Below, piece by piece: positions 1 through 9,675 of a stretch of DNA of 43,433 bases. The notes beneath the pieces were generated by a model. The model made no database searches, had not been told where the DNA came from, and worked only from the letters and a program-made list of their open reading frames with translations. The stretch is from Gammaproteobacteria bacterium (GTDB taxonomy: Bacteria > Pseudomonadota > Gammaproteobacteria > CAMYNG01), in contig DRKU01000092.1 in the NCBI GenBank assembly GCA_011051615.1, forward strand, positions 1-43,433. Direction: 5' to 3'. Every line of letters starts with the position of its first letter. The stretch's first letter is position 1. A program made the position numbers and the translations under genes.

Positions 1-1523
1 GCCAGCTTGTCGTCGGCAACATGGTAGTTGGGATCTTCCATGACATTGACCTCAATGAGATCGCCGGCGCGGGTGAGCAACAGGCGGCACTCGGGACTGA
101 GGTGGCGCAGGTGCAGCGTCTTGCCGGCGCGGATATAGCGCTCTGCCAGCGTATCGATGGCCTCGATGGCGGAGTGATCGGCCACGCGTGAGTTCTGAAA
201 CTCGATGATGACATCGTCGGGATCATTTTCCGGATCGAACATCTCGAGGAAGTTCTTCACCGAGCCGAAGAACAGCGGGCCGTTGAGCTCGTAGATCCGC
301 GAACCGTTCTCGTCGTCGTAACCCTTCACATTGATGTGCCTGGCGTGCTCCCAGGCAAAGGCCAGTGCCGATACGATGACGCCTACCACCACGGCGACGG
401 CGAGATCGGTAAACACCGTCACCGCCGAGACCAGAATGAGCACGAAGGCGTCGGTGCGCGGGATCTTGCGCATGATGCGCAGGCTCGACCACTCGAAGGT
501 GGCGATGACCACCACGAACATCACACCCACCAGCGCGGCCATGGGGATCATCTCGATGAGCCCCGAGGCGAACATGATGAAGGCAAGCAGGAACAACGCG
601 GCGGCGACGCCGGACAGGCGCTGACGGCCGCCGGAGTTCACGTTGATCATGCTCTGGCCGATCATGGCGCAGCCGCCCATGCCACCGAAGAAACCGGTGA
701 CCGTATTGGCGATGCCCTGGCCCACACATTCACGGTTGCCGCGCCCGCGCGTGTTGGTGACGTCGTCGATGAGCGACAGGGTCAGCAGGGACTCGATGAG
801 TCCCACGGCGGCGAGGATGATGGCGTAGGGCAGGACGATCTGCAGGGTCTCGAAGTTGAACGGTACGATGGGCAGATGGAAGTTCGGGAAGCCGCCCTCG
901 ATGGAGGCCAGATCACCGACCGTCAGGGTGTCGATATCGCCGAAGACCACCAGCAGGGTAACGACGATGATGGCAGCCAGCGCGGCGGGAAAGGCACCGG
1001 TGAGTTTGGGCAGGAAGTGGATGATGGCCATGGTCAGCGCCACCAGGCCGAGCATGATGTAGAGGTCCTTGCCCTGCATCCACTGGCGCACGCCATCGAC
1101 GTCGATCTGGAAGTGCTGCAACTGGGCGAGGAAGATGACGATGGCGAGGCCGTTGACGAAGCCCAGCATCACCGGGTAGGGCACCATGCGGATATACTTG
1201 CCGAGCCGCAGCACGCCGGCGAGGATCTGAATGAGGCCGGTGAGCACCACGGCGGCGAACAGGTACTCCACGCCATGCTGGGCCACCAGTGTGACCATCA
1301 CCACCGCCATGGCGCCGGTGGCGCCGGAGATCATGCCCGGGCGGCCGCCGAAGAGGGCCGCCAGCAGGCCCACCATGAAGGCGGCGTAGAGCCCCACCAG
1401 CGGCTCGACACCGGCGACGAAGGCAAAGGCCACGGCCTCGGGCACCAGGGCCAGGGCGACGGTGAGGCCGGAGAGGATCTCGTTCTGGAAACAGGCGCGG
1501 CTGGCGCAACCAAGCTTGAACAT
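1..1523 (-). CDS. SulP-family anion permease with C-terminal STAS domain (3' end cut by the window edge)
   Basis: Not in the ORF track because there is no in-window stop. Minus-strand translation from ATG at 1523 reads [75 protein letters not shown]..., followed by many hydrophobic helices. Codons over about 1-330 read ...[66 protein letters not shown]..., which is STAS-like. Confidence 0.85.
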   Translation of the reverse strand, partial: MFKLGCASRACFQNEILSGLTVALALVPEAVAFAFVAGVEPLVGLYAAFMVGLLAALFGGRPGMISGATGAMAVVMVTLVAQHGVEYLFAAVVLTGLIQILAGVLRLGKYIRMVPYPVMLGFVNGLAIVIFLAQLQHFQIDVDGVRQWMQGKDLYIMLGLVALTMAIIHFLPKLTGAFPAALAAIIVVTLLVVFGDIDTLTVGDLASIEGGFPNFHLPIVPFNFETLQIVLPYAIILAAVGLIESLLTLSLIDDVTNTRGRGNRECVGQGIANTVTGFFGGMGGCAMIGQSMINVNSGGRQRLSGVAAALFLLAFIMFASGLIEMIPMAALVGVMFVVVIATFEWSSLRIMRKIPRTDAFVLILVSAVTVFTDLAVAVVVGVIVSALAFAWEHARHINVKGYDDENGSRIYELNGPLFFGSVKNFLEMFDPENDPDDVIIEFQNSRVADHSAIEAIDTLAERYIRAGKTLHLRHLSPECRLLLTRAGDLIEVNVMEDPNYHVADDKL

Positions 1524-1677
1524 GCAACTACCCGGGAAGTGTGGTGCAAAAGGCCGCGCATCATAGCAGAAGCCTGCAATGTTGGATACGTGCCGCGTGC
1601 GGCGGGCGGTTTCCGGCAGTGGCCAGTTATTTGGGAACCAGCCGGGTTCGCCAGCCGGGGCGTACCGGGGTAGTGTG

Positions 1678-3906
1678 TTATTCGACCGTTCCGTCTGGCC
1701 TGATGAGGGCGATGGATCGACGTTCAAGCGTGTTGACGAGATTGAAACTCCCGCCGACGAATACACCGCGGCGGGATACAACTATGTCCAGAACAGTTGA
1801 AGAAAGGTCCGGATCCCAGTCCATGATTGTGCCGTCAGTCCTGATTGCGGCTACCTGCCTGCGTACGAGACCGCCGACTGTCTGAAAGCTGCCGCCAATA
1901 TATACCGTATCGTTGACCAGCCTGATGGTGTTGACCTGCTGGCCGGTGCCCTTGCCGACGACGGGATCCCATGGCGTGAGAGTTCCGTCGGGCAATACGG
2001 CAGCGGCACCATAGCGGCTGAGACCATCCATGACGGTGAAGGATCCGCCTATATAGATTGTGTTGCCATCGGTCTCCAACGCGTATATCAGTGAATTTGG
2101 TGCCGGCGCCCAGTCGAGTACCGTACCATCCGCCCTGATTGCTGCCAGACGGGTTCGGTTGAAAGCACCAACGCTGCGAAAGGCGCCGCCGGCGTAAATC
2201 GTGTCATCCGAAATGGCCAGCGCGGTGACAAAATTGCCCATGTTCGGATCCCAGTTGGTCAGGCTATCATCGCTTGTGTCAAATGCGGCAAGATAACTGC
2301 GTGGTATTCCATCGATGCGGGTAAACAGCCCACCGACGTACAGAATATTGTTTCCTGTCGCCAGGCTAAACACACTCTGATTTAGCACTGGACTCCAGTC
2401 GGAGACGATGCCATCGGTGTGAACGGCAGCCAGGTAGGTGCGCGCCATGCCGTCAAGTGTGGTGAAGGAGCCCCCGATGTAGATGGTATTGTCCACGACC
2501 GCGAGATCTCTGACGGTATCGTTGGTACCAGGTGCCCAGTCAGTGATGCGGCCCTCGGCGTCGATGGCGGCGAGGTTGTTGCGGGGGAAAACTCCGCCCA
2601 GCGAGGCAAAGCCTCCGGCGACATAGATCCGATCACTTAGGGCGGCAATGATGCTGACGGGGTTGTCGGCCTTGGGATCCCAGCTGGTGGGCATGCTACT
2701 TGTATCGAAGGCGGCCAGATAATTGCGTGCCACACCTCCCGCGTTGGTGAAGTCCCCAGCGATATAGATGTTACCGTTGACACCAGCGATGGCGCGCACG
2801 ATGCCGTTGGTTCCGGGATCCCAGCTGGTGACCAGGCCATTGGTATCGATTGCCGCCAGGTAGTTGCGTGCGACACCACCAATGGCGGTGAAGCTGCCGC
2901 CCACGTAAATGGTACCATTGACGACGGCAAGCGACTCGACTGTGCCGTCCGCATCGGGATTCCAGTCGGTAACCGTGCCGTCGGTTTTTATTGCGGCGAG
3001 CCGGTTGCGAAATATGCGGGTATCAGGTGTGACGGTGCCGAGGTAGGTAAAGGTACCGCCAAGGTATAGCGTGTCACCATCCAGGACCATGGCGCTGAGA
3101 TCACGGATCGCAGGTGAAACAAAGGCGGTAGGCATCCCATCACTGATTCGAATGGCCGCCAGATTAGGGCGCTGGAGTCCCTCGACAAGATCAATTTCAC
3201 CACCCACATACACAATACCACCACTGACCGCCATGAAACGAATGCGTGGATCGGTGAGCACGAGACGATAGTCGATCTTCGGCGCCCAGTCGACGAGGGA
3301 GCCGTCCGTTCTGACTGCGGCGAGGTGGGTGCGCGGTACGCCATCGACAGCGGTGAAGCGGCCCGCGATATAGATCACATCCCCAAGCTTGACCAGGGCG
3401 CCTATCTGGACCGTAGTACCGTAGGTCAGCGCATTACCATCGAGCACCGGTCCCCAGTCACCGACACTGCCATCGGCGCGGATATGCGCCAGGCCGGCCC
3501 GTGGTACTCCCGCGACGGTGGTGAAATAGCCGCCTATATACCAGCCGCCCTGGTCGTCAGGGATAACTGTCGTCAGCGCGCCATTGATCTCGGGGTGGCC
3601 GGTGGTAAACAGGTCGCCATCGGTGAGATTTAGCAGGGCGTGCCGGGAAGTGACGTATTTCAGGTTAGTGAAACTGCCACCCAGGTACAGGGTACCGAAG
3701 TCGTCTTGTGCAATGGCATACACGATGCCGTTGGTATTCACACGCAGGGCGGACGGCAGCGTGATGGTATTGCCGGTGCCACCACCGCCACTCGGTACAG
3801 CACCACCACCCCCTCCGCCGCAGGCACTGAGAAGCATGGCAAGGGAAACCAGCATGGTGGCGCGAAGATCCTGTACCAGCTTCGTCAAACCTGGTTTGTA
3901 GCCCAT
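1678..3906 (-). CDS. Lipoprotein made of about 14 tandem ~47-aa beta-propeller-type repeats (DUF5122/delta-60-like; probably two 7-bladed propellers)
   Basis: ORF 1678..3984. Preferred start is ATG 3906: [35 protein letters not shown], a signal peptide with lipobox LLSAC and a Gly linker. The body repeats Y[IV]GG.F......G..R..LAA[IV]..DG.....W.P, which I counted 14 times by eye. Confidence 0.7.
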   Translation of the reverse strand: MGYKPGLTKLVQDLRATMLVSLAMLLSACGGGGGGAVPSGGGGTGNTITLPSALRVNTNGIVYAIAQDDFGTLYLGGSFTNLKYVTSRHALLNLTDGDLFTTGHPEINGALTTVIPDDQGGWYIGGYFTTVAGVPRAGLAHIRADGSVGDWGPVLDGNALTYGTTVQIGALVKLGDVIYIAGRFTAVDGVPRTHLAAVRTDGSLVDWAPKIDYRLVLTDPRIRFMAVSGGIVYVGGEIDLVEGLQRPNLAAIRISDGMPTAFVSPAIRDLSAMVLDGDTLYLGGTFTYLGTVTPDTRIFRNRLAAIKTDGTVTDWNPDADGTVESLAVVNGTIYVGGSFTAIGGVARNYLAAIDTNGLVTSWDPGTNGIVRAIAGVNGNIYIAGDFTNAGGVARNYLAAFDTSSMPTSWDPKADNPVSIIAALSDRIYVAGGFASLGGVFPRNNLAAIDAEGRITDWAPGTNDTVRDLAVVDNTIYIGGSFTTLDGMARTYLAAVHTDGIVSDWSPVLNQSVFSLATGNNILYVGGLFTRIDGIPRSYLAAFDTSDDSLTNWDPNMGNFVTALAISDDTIYAGGAFRSVGAFNRTRLAAIRADGTVLDWAPAPNSLIYALETDGNTIYIGGSFTVMDGLSRYGAAAVLPDGTLTPWDPVVGKGTGQQVNTIRLVNDTVYIGGSFQTVGGLVRRQVAAIRTDGTIMDWDPDLSSTVLDIVVSRRGVFVGGSFNLVNTLERRSIALIRPDGTVE

Positions 3907-4202
3907 GATGTCGATCCCTCCCGTGGCGGCGCAGTGTGAGCCAGGCGGCCTGTACCCTCTGCCACACCTGGTATGAGGTTGCACTCGCCTTGCATGGATA
4001 CTGGTATTCTCACTGATTATCAGAGAAGCTCGGGGCGCTGCCTATACAGCAAAGGTGGGTAGTAAATCCGGACTTTTGTCTGCATACAGACTATCGTCTA
4101 CTGGCTTTATAAACGTATGATGGTTCCAGATATGAACTGGCGGTAGATACCCATAACGGCGGACTTGCTGTAGTTTCGAAGGTCGCTCTTACCAGGGAAC
4201 GC

Positions 4203-5978
4203 GTGCATATGACGACGTTCGGTGACAGGGATCGAGATCACCAGATCCTGATGGAACAGGTTCGAGGCCTGTATCACAGTTTATTGCCCATTCTGGCGGC
4301 CAATCTGGTTGTCAGTCTGGCCCTGTTGTATGGCCTGTGGAGCGTGGTTTCACAGACTGTACTGGCGGTATGGTTCGGTCTGATGGTTTTCTCGCTTGTC
4401 CTGCGCACGATCAGCTATGCCGTCTACCGACGGCGTTTCAGTGAAGACCAGGTTCGACGCTATGCCTGGTATTTTGTTATTGGCACCGGTGTTACCGGCA
4501 TGCTGTGGGGTGCAGGCGGGGTGCTCCTGTTTCCGGCACAGGGGCTGGAGTACCAGCTCTTCATACTCTTTGTGCTGGTCGGTATGGGTGCTGGCGCGGT
4601 GTCATCGCTTACCGCCTATATGCCGGCCTTCCTGGTCTTTTTCCCAACTTCCATGTTACCCATTGGGGTCAGGTTGTTCATGGTAGGTGATCCGATCCAC
4701 GTGGCATTGGGTGTAATGAGCCTTGCATACGTGATAGCCCTGTCTTATTTCGCGCTTGCCATAAATCGAACGCTCAAACAGTCGCTGAAACTCCGCTTCG
4801 AAAATATCGACCTGGTGGAACAACTGCGCGAACAGAAAGAGGAAGCCGAGATGGCGAATCAGTCGAAATCCCGATTTCTCGCCGCCGCCAGCCACGATCT
4901 GCGCCAGCCCCTGCATGCCCTGTCGCTGTTTACTTCGGTACTGGATGAGTCGATAGAGCAACCGAAGCCGCGCAAGGTCGTGGGCCAGATCAAGGCCTCG
5001 GTACAGGCGTTGCAGAGTCTGTTCAACACCCTGCTGGATATCTCCCGGCTCGAGGCCGGTGTGATGAAGGTCGAGAAGACCGGTTTTCATCTGCAGGCCC
5101 TGTTTGACAGGCTCGTCAATGATTTCGATCCGCAGGCGAGTGAGAAGGGCCTGCGTATCATCTGGCCGACATGTTCACTGGCGGTTTACACGGATCCCAC
5201 TCTGCTCGAACAAATTCTGCGTAACTATCTTGCCAATGCCCTGCGCTACACAGAGCAGGGTGAGATCCGGCTTGAATGCCAGCAGGATGGTGAACTGCTC
5301 CATATTCGTGTTTCTGATACCGGGGTGGGCATCCCTGAAGAAGAACACAAGGCCATCTTCGAGGAATTTCATCAACTGGACAACCCGGAGCGGGATCGTG
5401 ATAAAGGTCTCGGCCTCGGCCTGGCCATTGTGCAGCGCACGGCGAAGTTGCTGGAACATCCCATCGGGGTCGAATCCGTACCCGGTATGGGTGCGATATT
5501 CTCGATTGCGGTGGAGCGATGTGAGCTTGTGGACAGCGAACTACTCAATGGAGAAGAGTCGCCAGGCGCGCGTGCAGCGGAACGGACTGTTCTGATCGTC
5601 GTGATTGACGATGAGGTCAGCGTCCGTGAAGGCATGCAAAGCCTGCTGGAGATCTGGGGCTGTAAGGTCATTTCCGTTGCCGACCAGACCGAGGCGCTTG
5701 CCCAGATCCGGCTGACTGGTCGCGTACCGGACGGGATCATTGCGGACTACCGCCTGCGCGAACAGCATACAGGCGTCGGTGCCATTCATGCAATTTATGC
5801 AGACTGTGACAGCGAGATGCCGGCGCTGATCGTCACCGGCGATATTGCGACAGAGCGGTTACACAAGGTAAATCGTAGTGGTTTTCAGGTGTTGCACAAA
5901 CCGGTCGCCCCCGCTCGACTGCGTGCCTTCGTGCGCAATATTCAAATACAGGCAAAGGCACAAGCCTCACTCGGTTGA
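4203..5978 (+). CDS. Hybrid sensor histidine kinase (multi-TM N-terminal region, HisKA, HATPase_c, C-terminal receiver)
   Basis: About 6 hydrophobic helices in the first 190 aa. H-box SRFLAAASHDLRQPLHAL. ATPase boxes ANALRYT, VSDTGVGIPEEEHKAIFEEFHQLD and GLGLGLAIV. Receiver VLIVVIDDE...IIADYRL...LIVTGD...LHKP. Start is GTG 4203 or ATG 4209. Confidence 0.85.
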   Translation: MHMTTFGDRDRDHQILMEQVRGLYHSLLPILAANLVVSLALLYGLWSVVSQTVLAVWFGLMVFSLVLRTISYAVYRRRFSEDQVRRYAWYFVIGTGVTGMLWGAGGVLLFPAQGLEYQLFILFVLVGMGAGAVSSLTAYMPAFLVFFPTSMLPIGVRLFMVGDPIHVALGVMSLAYVIALSYFALAINRTLKQSLKLRFENIDLVEQLREQKEEAEMANQSKSRFLAAASHDLRQPLHALSLFTSVLDESIEQPKPRKVVGQIKASVQALQSLFNTLLDISRLEAGVMKVEKTGFHLQALFDRLVNDFDPQASEKGLRIIWPTCSLAVYTDPTLLEQILRNYLANALRYTEQGEIRLECQQDGELLHIRVSDTGVGIPEEEHKAIFEEFHQLDNPERDRDKGLGLGLAIVQRTAKLLEHPIGVESVPGMGAIFSIAVERCELVDSELLNGEESPGARAAERTVLIVVIDDEVSVREGMQSLLEIWGCKVISVADQTEALAQIRLTGRVPDGIIADYRLREQHTGVGAIHAIYADCDSEMPALIVTGDIATERLHKVNRSGFQVLHKPVAPARLRAFVRNIQIQAKAQASLG

Positions 5979-6599
5979 GATCCCAAGCCCAAGTTTTTCC
6001 GCCGCCATCGCCGCCTGGGTTCGATTGCTCAGGCCAAGAGCTTTCAGGATCGCGGTAATATGCATCTTGACCGTGCCTTCGGCCAGGTTCATTTGCTGCG
6101 CGATCTGTTTGTTGGAATGTCCGCGTGCAATCAATGTCAGCACCTGTTGCTGGCGCGTCGTCAGCCCAAAGGGTCTTTCGACGGAATCCGCTTCCTTGTG
6201 TTCCTCGCGGGTGATGTCCTGCGGCACGTAGATGCCACCGGACAGCACCAGGCGCAGGGCATTGAGCATGACGGCGCTGGTGGTGTCTTTGGGGATATAA
6301 CCCATGGCGCCGGCATCCAGGGCGCGCTGGATATCGCTGCGCCGCCTGGAGGCCGAGAGGATGACGATGGGCAACGCCGAATACCGCTGGGCAAAGGCTG
6401 CCAGGGCGGCAAATCCGTCCTTGCCCGGGAGATTGAGATCCAGCAGAACCATATCCAGATCAGGATTGTCGGCGGCATGTTGCAGAGCCCGATCATAGTC
6501 GGGTGCCTCGATAATGCACATCTGTTCGTCCAGCGCGTCGAGCACATGGATGAGTCCCTCGCGGAACAGGGCATGGTCATCGATGATCAGGATCTTCAT
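5967..6599 (-). CDS. Response regulator, NarL/FixJ (LuxR-type HTH) family
   Basis: MKILIIDDHALFREGL...DMVLLDLNLPGKDG receiver. C-terminal LTTRQQQVLTLIARGHSNKQIAQQMNLAEGTVKMHITAILKALG is a GerE/LuxR HTH. Its 3' end overlaps the convergent kinase gene by 12 nt. Confidence 0.9.
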   Translation of the reverse strand: MKILIIDDHALFREGLIHVLDALDEQMCIIEAPDYDRALQHAADNPDLDMVLLDLNLPGKDGFAALAAFAQRYSALPIVILSASRRRSDIQRALDAGAMGYIPKDTTSAVMLNALRLVLSGGIYVPQDITREEHKEADSVERPFGLTTRQQQVLTLIARGHSNKQIAQQMNLAEGTVKMHITAILKALGLSNRTQAAMAAEKLGLGISTE

Positions 6600-6817
6600 A
6601 ACACGGAATCATAGTGCAATCCCGTGCTGTCGAATACGGTAGAAAGTCTGAATTTGCACTGTTCCGGCCAGCAATACGCGCGTCGGAGAGCGCGTCTTCC
6701 ATGGACTGTTACAGGGTGTCGAAAATGTCGATTTCGGGCCGTTCTATACTGGTTTCTATAGTGGTGATATTTCACCACAGGGACAATTCTGTTCACCACC
6801 ACCCTGGTACGTGAATC

Positions 6818-7129
6818 ATGGCTGGTTCCACGAAAACGCAGAAAACGCCGAAGGCAAAGAACTGGTCGGCAAAAGTGACGCGTGAAAGTTATGCGCTGGA
6901 CCTCGAGGAAGGTGTCTTTACCTGGAAAGATCCGCGCAGGATCGCCCTGTCGCTGAAGCGCTCGGCGGAGCAGAGCAAACGCCGCAAGGCACCACCCTTC
7001 CGCTCAGCCATGTCCATGCTGGTGTTCTATATCAATCGTGCCGGCAGGAAACTGGACCCGACGCAGCGGCGTATCCTGGAGCAGGCCAAGGACGAACTGC
7101 GCAAGCTGTATGGCAGACCAGCAAAGTGA
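6818..7129 (+). CDS. DUF3175 domain-containing protein
   Basis: 103 aa. WSAKVTRESYALDLEEGVFTWKDPRRIALSLKRSAEQSKRRKAPPFRSAMSMLVFYINRAGRKL...AKDELRKLYG matches the DUF3175 pattern as I recall it. Confidence 0.75.
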   Translation: MAGSTKTQKTPKAKNWSAKVTRESYALDLEEGVFTWKDPRRIALSLKRSAEQSKRRKAPPFRSAMSMLVFYINRAGRKLDPTQRRILEQAKDELRKLYGRPAK

Positions 7130-7181
7130 GCGATGGTACAGACAGGGAAAACTTCCGGCCCCGGGGCGACAAGGGGGTGCG

Positions 7182-7208
7182 AAAAAAAACCCGCCTGCTG
7201 GGCGGGTT
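7182..7208 (-). terminator. Rho-independent terminator, read on the minus strand (A8 tract / 7-bp GC stem)
   Basis: Plus strand is aaaaaaaa-cccgcc-tgctg-ggcggg-tt. On the minus strand the stem acccgcc/ggcgggt is followed by T8. On the plus strand only TT follows, so it is mainly a minus-strand terminator. Confidence 0.6.
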
Positions 7209-7341
7209 CCTGGCGCGGGGTATGAGGAGAGCCGTGTAGTGCCAGGGAAGGCTTCATCCGGTAAGTAAATCCCATATATTCAGGCGGTGACTGCCGGTCT
7301 ACTCGTGATCGGTGAATCCGGTGACAGCACTTGTGCCTGCG

Positions 7342-7539
7342 TTACAACTCGATATCCGGAACCGGGTTCCCCGGCCGGATTTCACTCCGGGGTGTGTCTG
7401 CCGGTGCGGGTACCCCACTCACATCCGGGCCAGTGTTGTCATCTCGCAGGGCCAGCGTGCTCATTCCGCCAATGAGTGCCACCACCAGGCCCAGCGTCCA
7501 GGGATCGAGAAAACCACGTGCGTGTTTTGGGTGGTTCAT
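7342..7539 (-). CDS. Small hypothetical membrane protein (65 aa)
   Basis: ATG 7539 is preceded by GAGAGG about 8 nt upstream. One hydrophobic helix (WTLGLVVALIGGMSTLAL). The terminator at 7182-7208 lies downstream on the same strand. No recognisable family. Confidence 0.35.
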   Translation of the reverse strand: MNHPKHARGFLDPWTLGLVVALIGGMSTLALRDDNTGPDVSGVPAPADTPRSEIRPGNPVPDIEL

Positions 7540-7628
7540 GTCGTCTACCTCTCGGGCTGTGTGCAGGATGTGTTAAATAGCTGTTCCGAATAATTCCCGA
7601 TCACCTGCGGTACGCAGTGAGCGGCAGA

Positions 7629-7734
7629 TTTTCGTGGGGACGTGTTGGCAAGACACGCAAAACCTCGGCATCCCTGCCTGCTCGATGGCCGCTTCCCTGC
7701 GGCCTACGGTCTTGCCAGCACATCCCCACGGAAA
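7629..7734. repeat. REP/MITE-like palindromic element, family A, copy 1 (106 bp)
   Basis: Terminal inverted repeats ttttcgtggggacgtgttggcaagac / gtcttgccagcacatccccacggaaa match at 23 of 26 positions. It is identical at 93 of 106 positions to the reverse complement of 28422-28527 (hand alignment, ungapped). Confidence 0.8.
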
Positions 7735-7801
7735 CACCGGACTAACCGTACCGTTCCGTGTCGCAACATCTGCAACCCGGCCGGGAATCCGGAACTTCTA
7801 T

Positions 7802-8209
7802 TTAGTTGAGGATCTGCCAGGCCAGTACCAGGCAGGCGGCGAGGCCCACCATGAAGCTCAGCAGCCGAAAAATGGGCACCTTGAAGATGTAGATGGGGAC
7901 ATGCGCGGCGCGTGCCCAGAAGTAGGTGGCGCAGGCGGCATCGGTGATGCCGTTGGCCGCGCCCGTCGCAAATACCGCCAGCGCCAGGGGCGCGAAAATT
8001 ACCAGGTTTTCGACGGCGTTCATGTGCGCGCGATAGGCGCGGTGGGCCCAGGCCTGTTCGAAGGGGTCGTCACCCGGCAGGGGGTTCATAAACACCCGCG
8101 CCCAGCCAATTTTGGCGACGCGTACAACGGCATAGGGCATCCAGAGCAGTGAGGTCATCACCGCGGTGAGGACCAGCCAGAAGATTTCGTCCGGGACGGG
8201 ATTGGGCAT
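7802..8209 (-). CDS. MAPEG family membrane protein
   Basis: 135 aa with 3-4 hydrophobic helices and the motif HRAYRAHMNAVENLVIFAPLALAV typical of MAPEG. SD AAGGAG lies 9 nt upstream of ATG 8209. Divergent from a LysR gene. Confidence 0.8.
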   Translation of the reverse strand: MPNPVPDEIFWLVLTAVMTSLLWMPYAVVRVAKIGWARVFMNPLPGDDPFEQAWAHRAYRAHMNAVENLVIFAPLALAVFATGAANGITDAACATYFWARAAHVPIYIFKVPIFRLLSFMVGLAACLVLAWQILN

Positions 8210-8281
8210 GGGCGTGCACTCCTTCTTTCGGGGTTGTAGGTAAATAAGCCTTTGCTAATTGTCGAAAGAGTCTAGGCACGT

Positions 8282-8300
8282 ATATTGTTGTTAACAATAT
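8282..8300. promoter_or_regulatory. Candidate LysR box (8-3-8 perfect inverted repeat ATATTGTT-gtt-AACAATAT) in the MAPEG/LysR divergent intergenic region
   Basis: The palindrome was read directly. It lies 49 nt upstream of the LysR ATG (8349) and is compatible with T-N11-A. Confidence 0.35.
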
Positions 8301-8348
8301 GGTTTTCTGATACATCTGTGTTCTCGAAATTAGAACATTGAGGTGGGT

Positions 8349-9242
8349 ATGGACGATCTCCGGCGGATGGTCATCTTCTACCATGTGGTGGAGGCACAAA
8401 GCTTCGCCGGTGCCGCGCGGCAACTGGGGATCGCTCGCTCTGCCGTGAGTCGGCACATTTCCCTGCTCGAGCACAGCGTTGGCGCCCGGCTGCTGAATCG
8501 CACCACGCGCAGCCTGAGTCTGACCGAGGTGGGGAAGACCTATTACCAGAGCTGCGCCCGCATCGTTAACGAGGCGCAGCTGGCGACACAACGTGTCAGT
8601 CAGCTACAGGATGAACCATGCGGCACCCTGAAGGTGGCGGGGCCGGTGAGCATCGGCAGCCAGCGCATCGTTGGGCCACTGATAACGGATTTTATGGCGC
8701 GCTATCCTGCCCTGAATGTTGAGCTCTCTCTCGACGATCGTGTTGTCGACATGGTCGAGGAAGGCATCGACGTGAGCATTCGGATTGGCTGGTTGCCCGA
8801 CTCCAACCTCGTTGCACGCAAGCTGGCCGATGCACCACGATACCTGTGTGCTTCACCGGGCTATGTCGAGCGCCATGGCAAGCCCGAGACCCCGGCGCAG
8901 CTCGCAGAGCACGAATGGATTGTCTTTACCCTGCTGCCGGCACCCCTGCATATAACCTTGAGGAAGAATGCACGGGAATATCGTATTCAGCTGAACAGCC
9001 GGGTAAGAACCAACAGTGTCATTGCCGTGCGCTCCTTCCTGCTCGAAGGTGCCGGCATCACGGCACTGCCCAACTTTCAGGTTGAAGACGATATCCAGGC
9101 AGGTCGCCTGGTACGTATCCTCGCGGACTACGATTGTGGCAGTGCGGGGATCTATGCCGTTTATCAGGACCGGCACTATCAGCAGGCCAGGGTACGCCTG
9201 TTTGTTGAATTCATGGCCAGGGTTCTGAAGCGTTATGTCTAA
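8349..9242 (+). CDS. LysR family transcriptional regulator
   Basis: N-terminal HTH FYHVVEAQSFAGAARQLGIARSAVSRHISLLEHSVGARLLNRTTRSLSLTEVG. SD gaggtgg lies just before ATG 8349. The ORF track starts at GTG 8343. Confidence 0.85.
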   Translation: MDDLRRMVIFYHVVEAQSFAGAARQLGIARSAVSRHISLLEHSVGARLLNRTTRSLSLTEVGKTYYQSCARIVNEAQLATQRVSQLQDEPCGTLKVAGPVSIGSQRIVGPLITDFMARYPALNVELSLDDRVVDMVEEGIDVSIRIGWLPDSNLVARKLADAPRYLCASPGYVERHGKPETPAQLAEHEWIVFTLLPAPLHITLRKNAREYRIQLNSRVRTNSVIAVRSFLLEGAGITALPNFQVEDDIQAGRLVRILADYDCGSAGIYAVYQDRHYQQARVRLFVEFMARVLKRYV

Positions 9243-9250
9243 GTGATCAC

Positions 9251-9667
9251 CTACTCCGGCGTAACCTTGCGGCGCAGGCTCTTGATCCTGCCGCGGTGGG
9301 TTTTGCCTTCCAGACGTTTCTTTTTCGCACCGCGCGGGACCTTCGTGGCGATACGTTTTCTGGGTGTCACCGCGACGCTGCGGATCAGTTCCTGCAGGCG
9401 GGCGAGCGCGGCGGCGCGGTTTTTTTCCTGGCTGCGGTACTGTTGCGCCTTGATGATGATCACCCCGTCCTTGCTGATGCGGTGGTCTTTCTTATTGAGC
9501 AGGCGTTGTTTGTAGAAGTCGGGCAGACTCGATGCATGGATATCGAAGCGCAGGTGCACGGCACTCGATACCTTGTTGACGTTCTGTCCACCGGCGCCCC
9601 GGGCGCGGATGGCGGAGATGACGATCTCGTCATCGGGAATGGTGACCTGACGGGAGATCTCCAGCAT
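9251..9667 (-). CDS. arfB: Alternative ribosome-rescue factor ArfB (YaeJ), peptidyl-tRNA hydrolase with GGQ motif
   Basis: MLEISRQVTIPDDEIVISAIRARGAGGQNVNKVSSAVHLRFDIHASSLPDFYKQRLL...IIKAQQYRSQEKNRAAALARL plus a basic C-terminal tail. About 139 aa, as in E. coli YaeJ. The ORF-track start at 9739 is an upstream extension. Confidence 0.9.
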   Translation of the reverse strand: MLEISRQVTIPDDEIVISAIRARGAGGQNVNKVSSAVHLRFDIHASSLPDFYKQRLLNKKDHRISKDGVIIIKAQQYRSQEKNRAAALARLQELIRSVAVTPRKRIATKVPRGAKKKRLEGKTHRGRIKSLRRKVTPE

Positions 9668-9675
9668 CGTGCGTG

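Noticed and set aside
336-1673. 445-aa plus-strand ORF, very rich in His, Asp, Gly and Glu
   Set aside because: It lies entirely antisense to the SulP permease gene, which has clear family motifs. Its composition is what you get from reading a GC-rich membrane-protein gene backwards. It has no SD and no motif.
7634-8591. ORFs 7634..8152 (+) and 8070..8591 (-), and likewise 28107..28543 (-) and 28382..28604 (+)
   Set aside because: They start inside or run through the family-A repeat elements, or lie antisense to the MAPEG and LysR genes. The shared peptide GIPA.SMAASLRPTVLP is simply the translated repeat.
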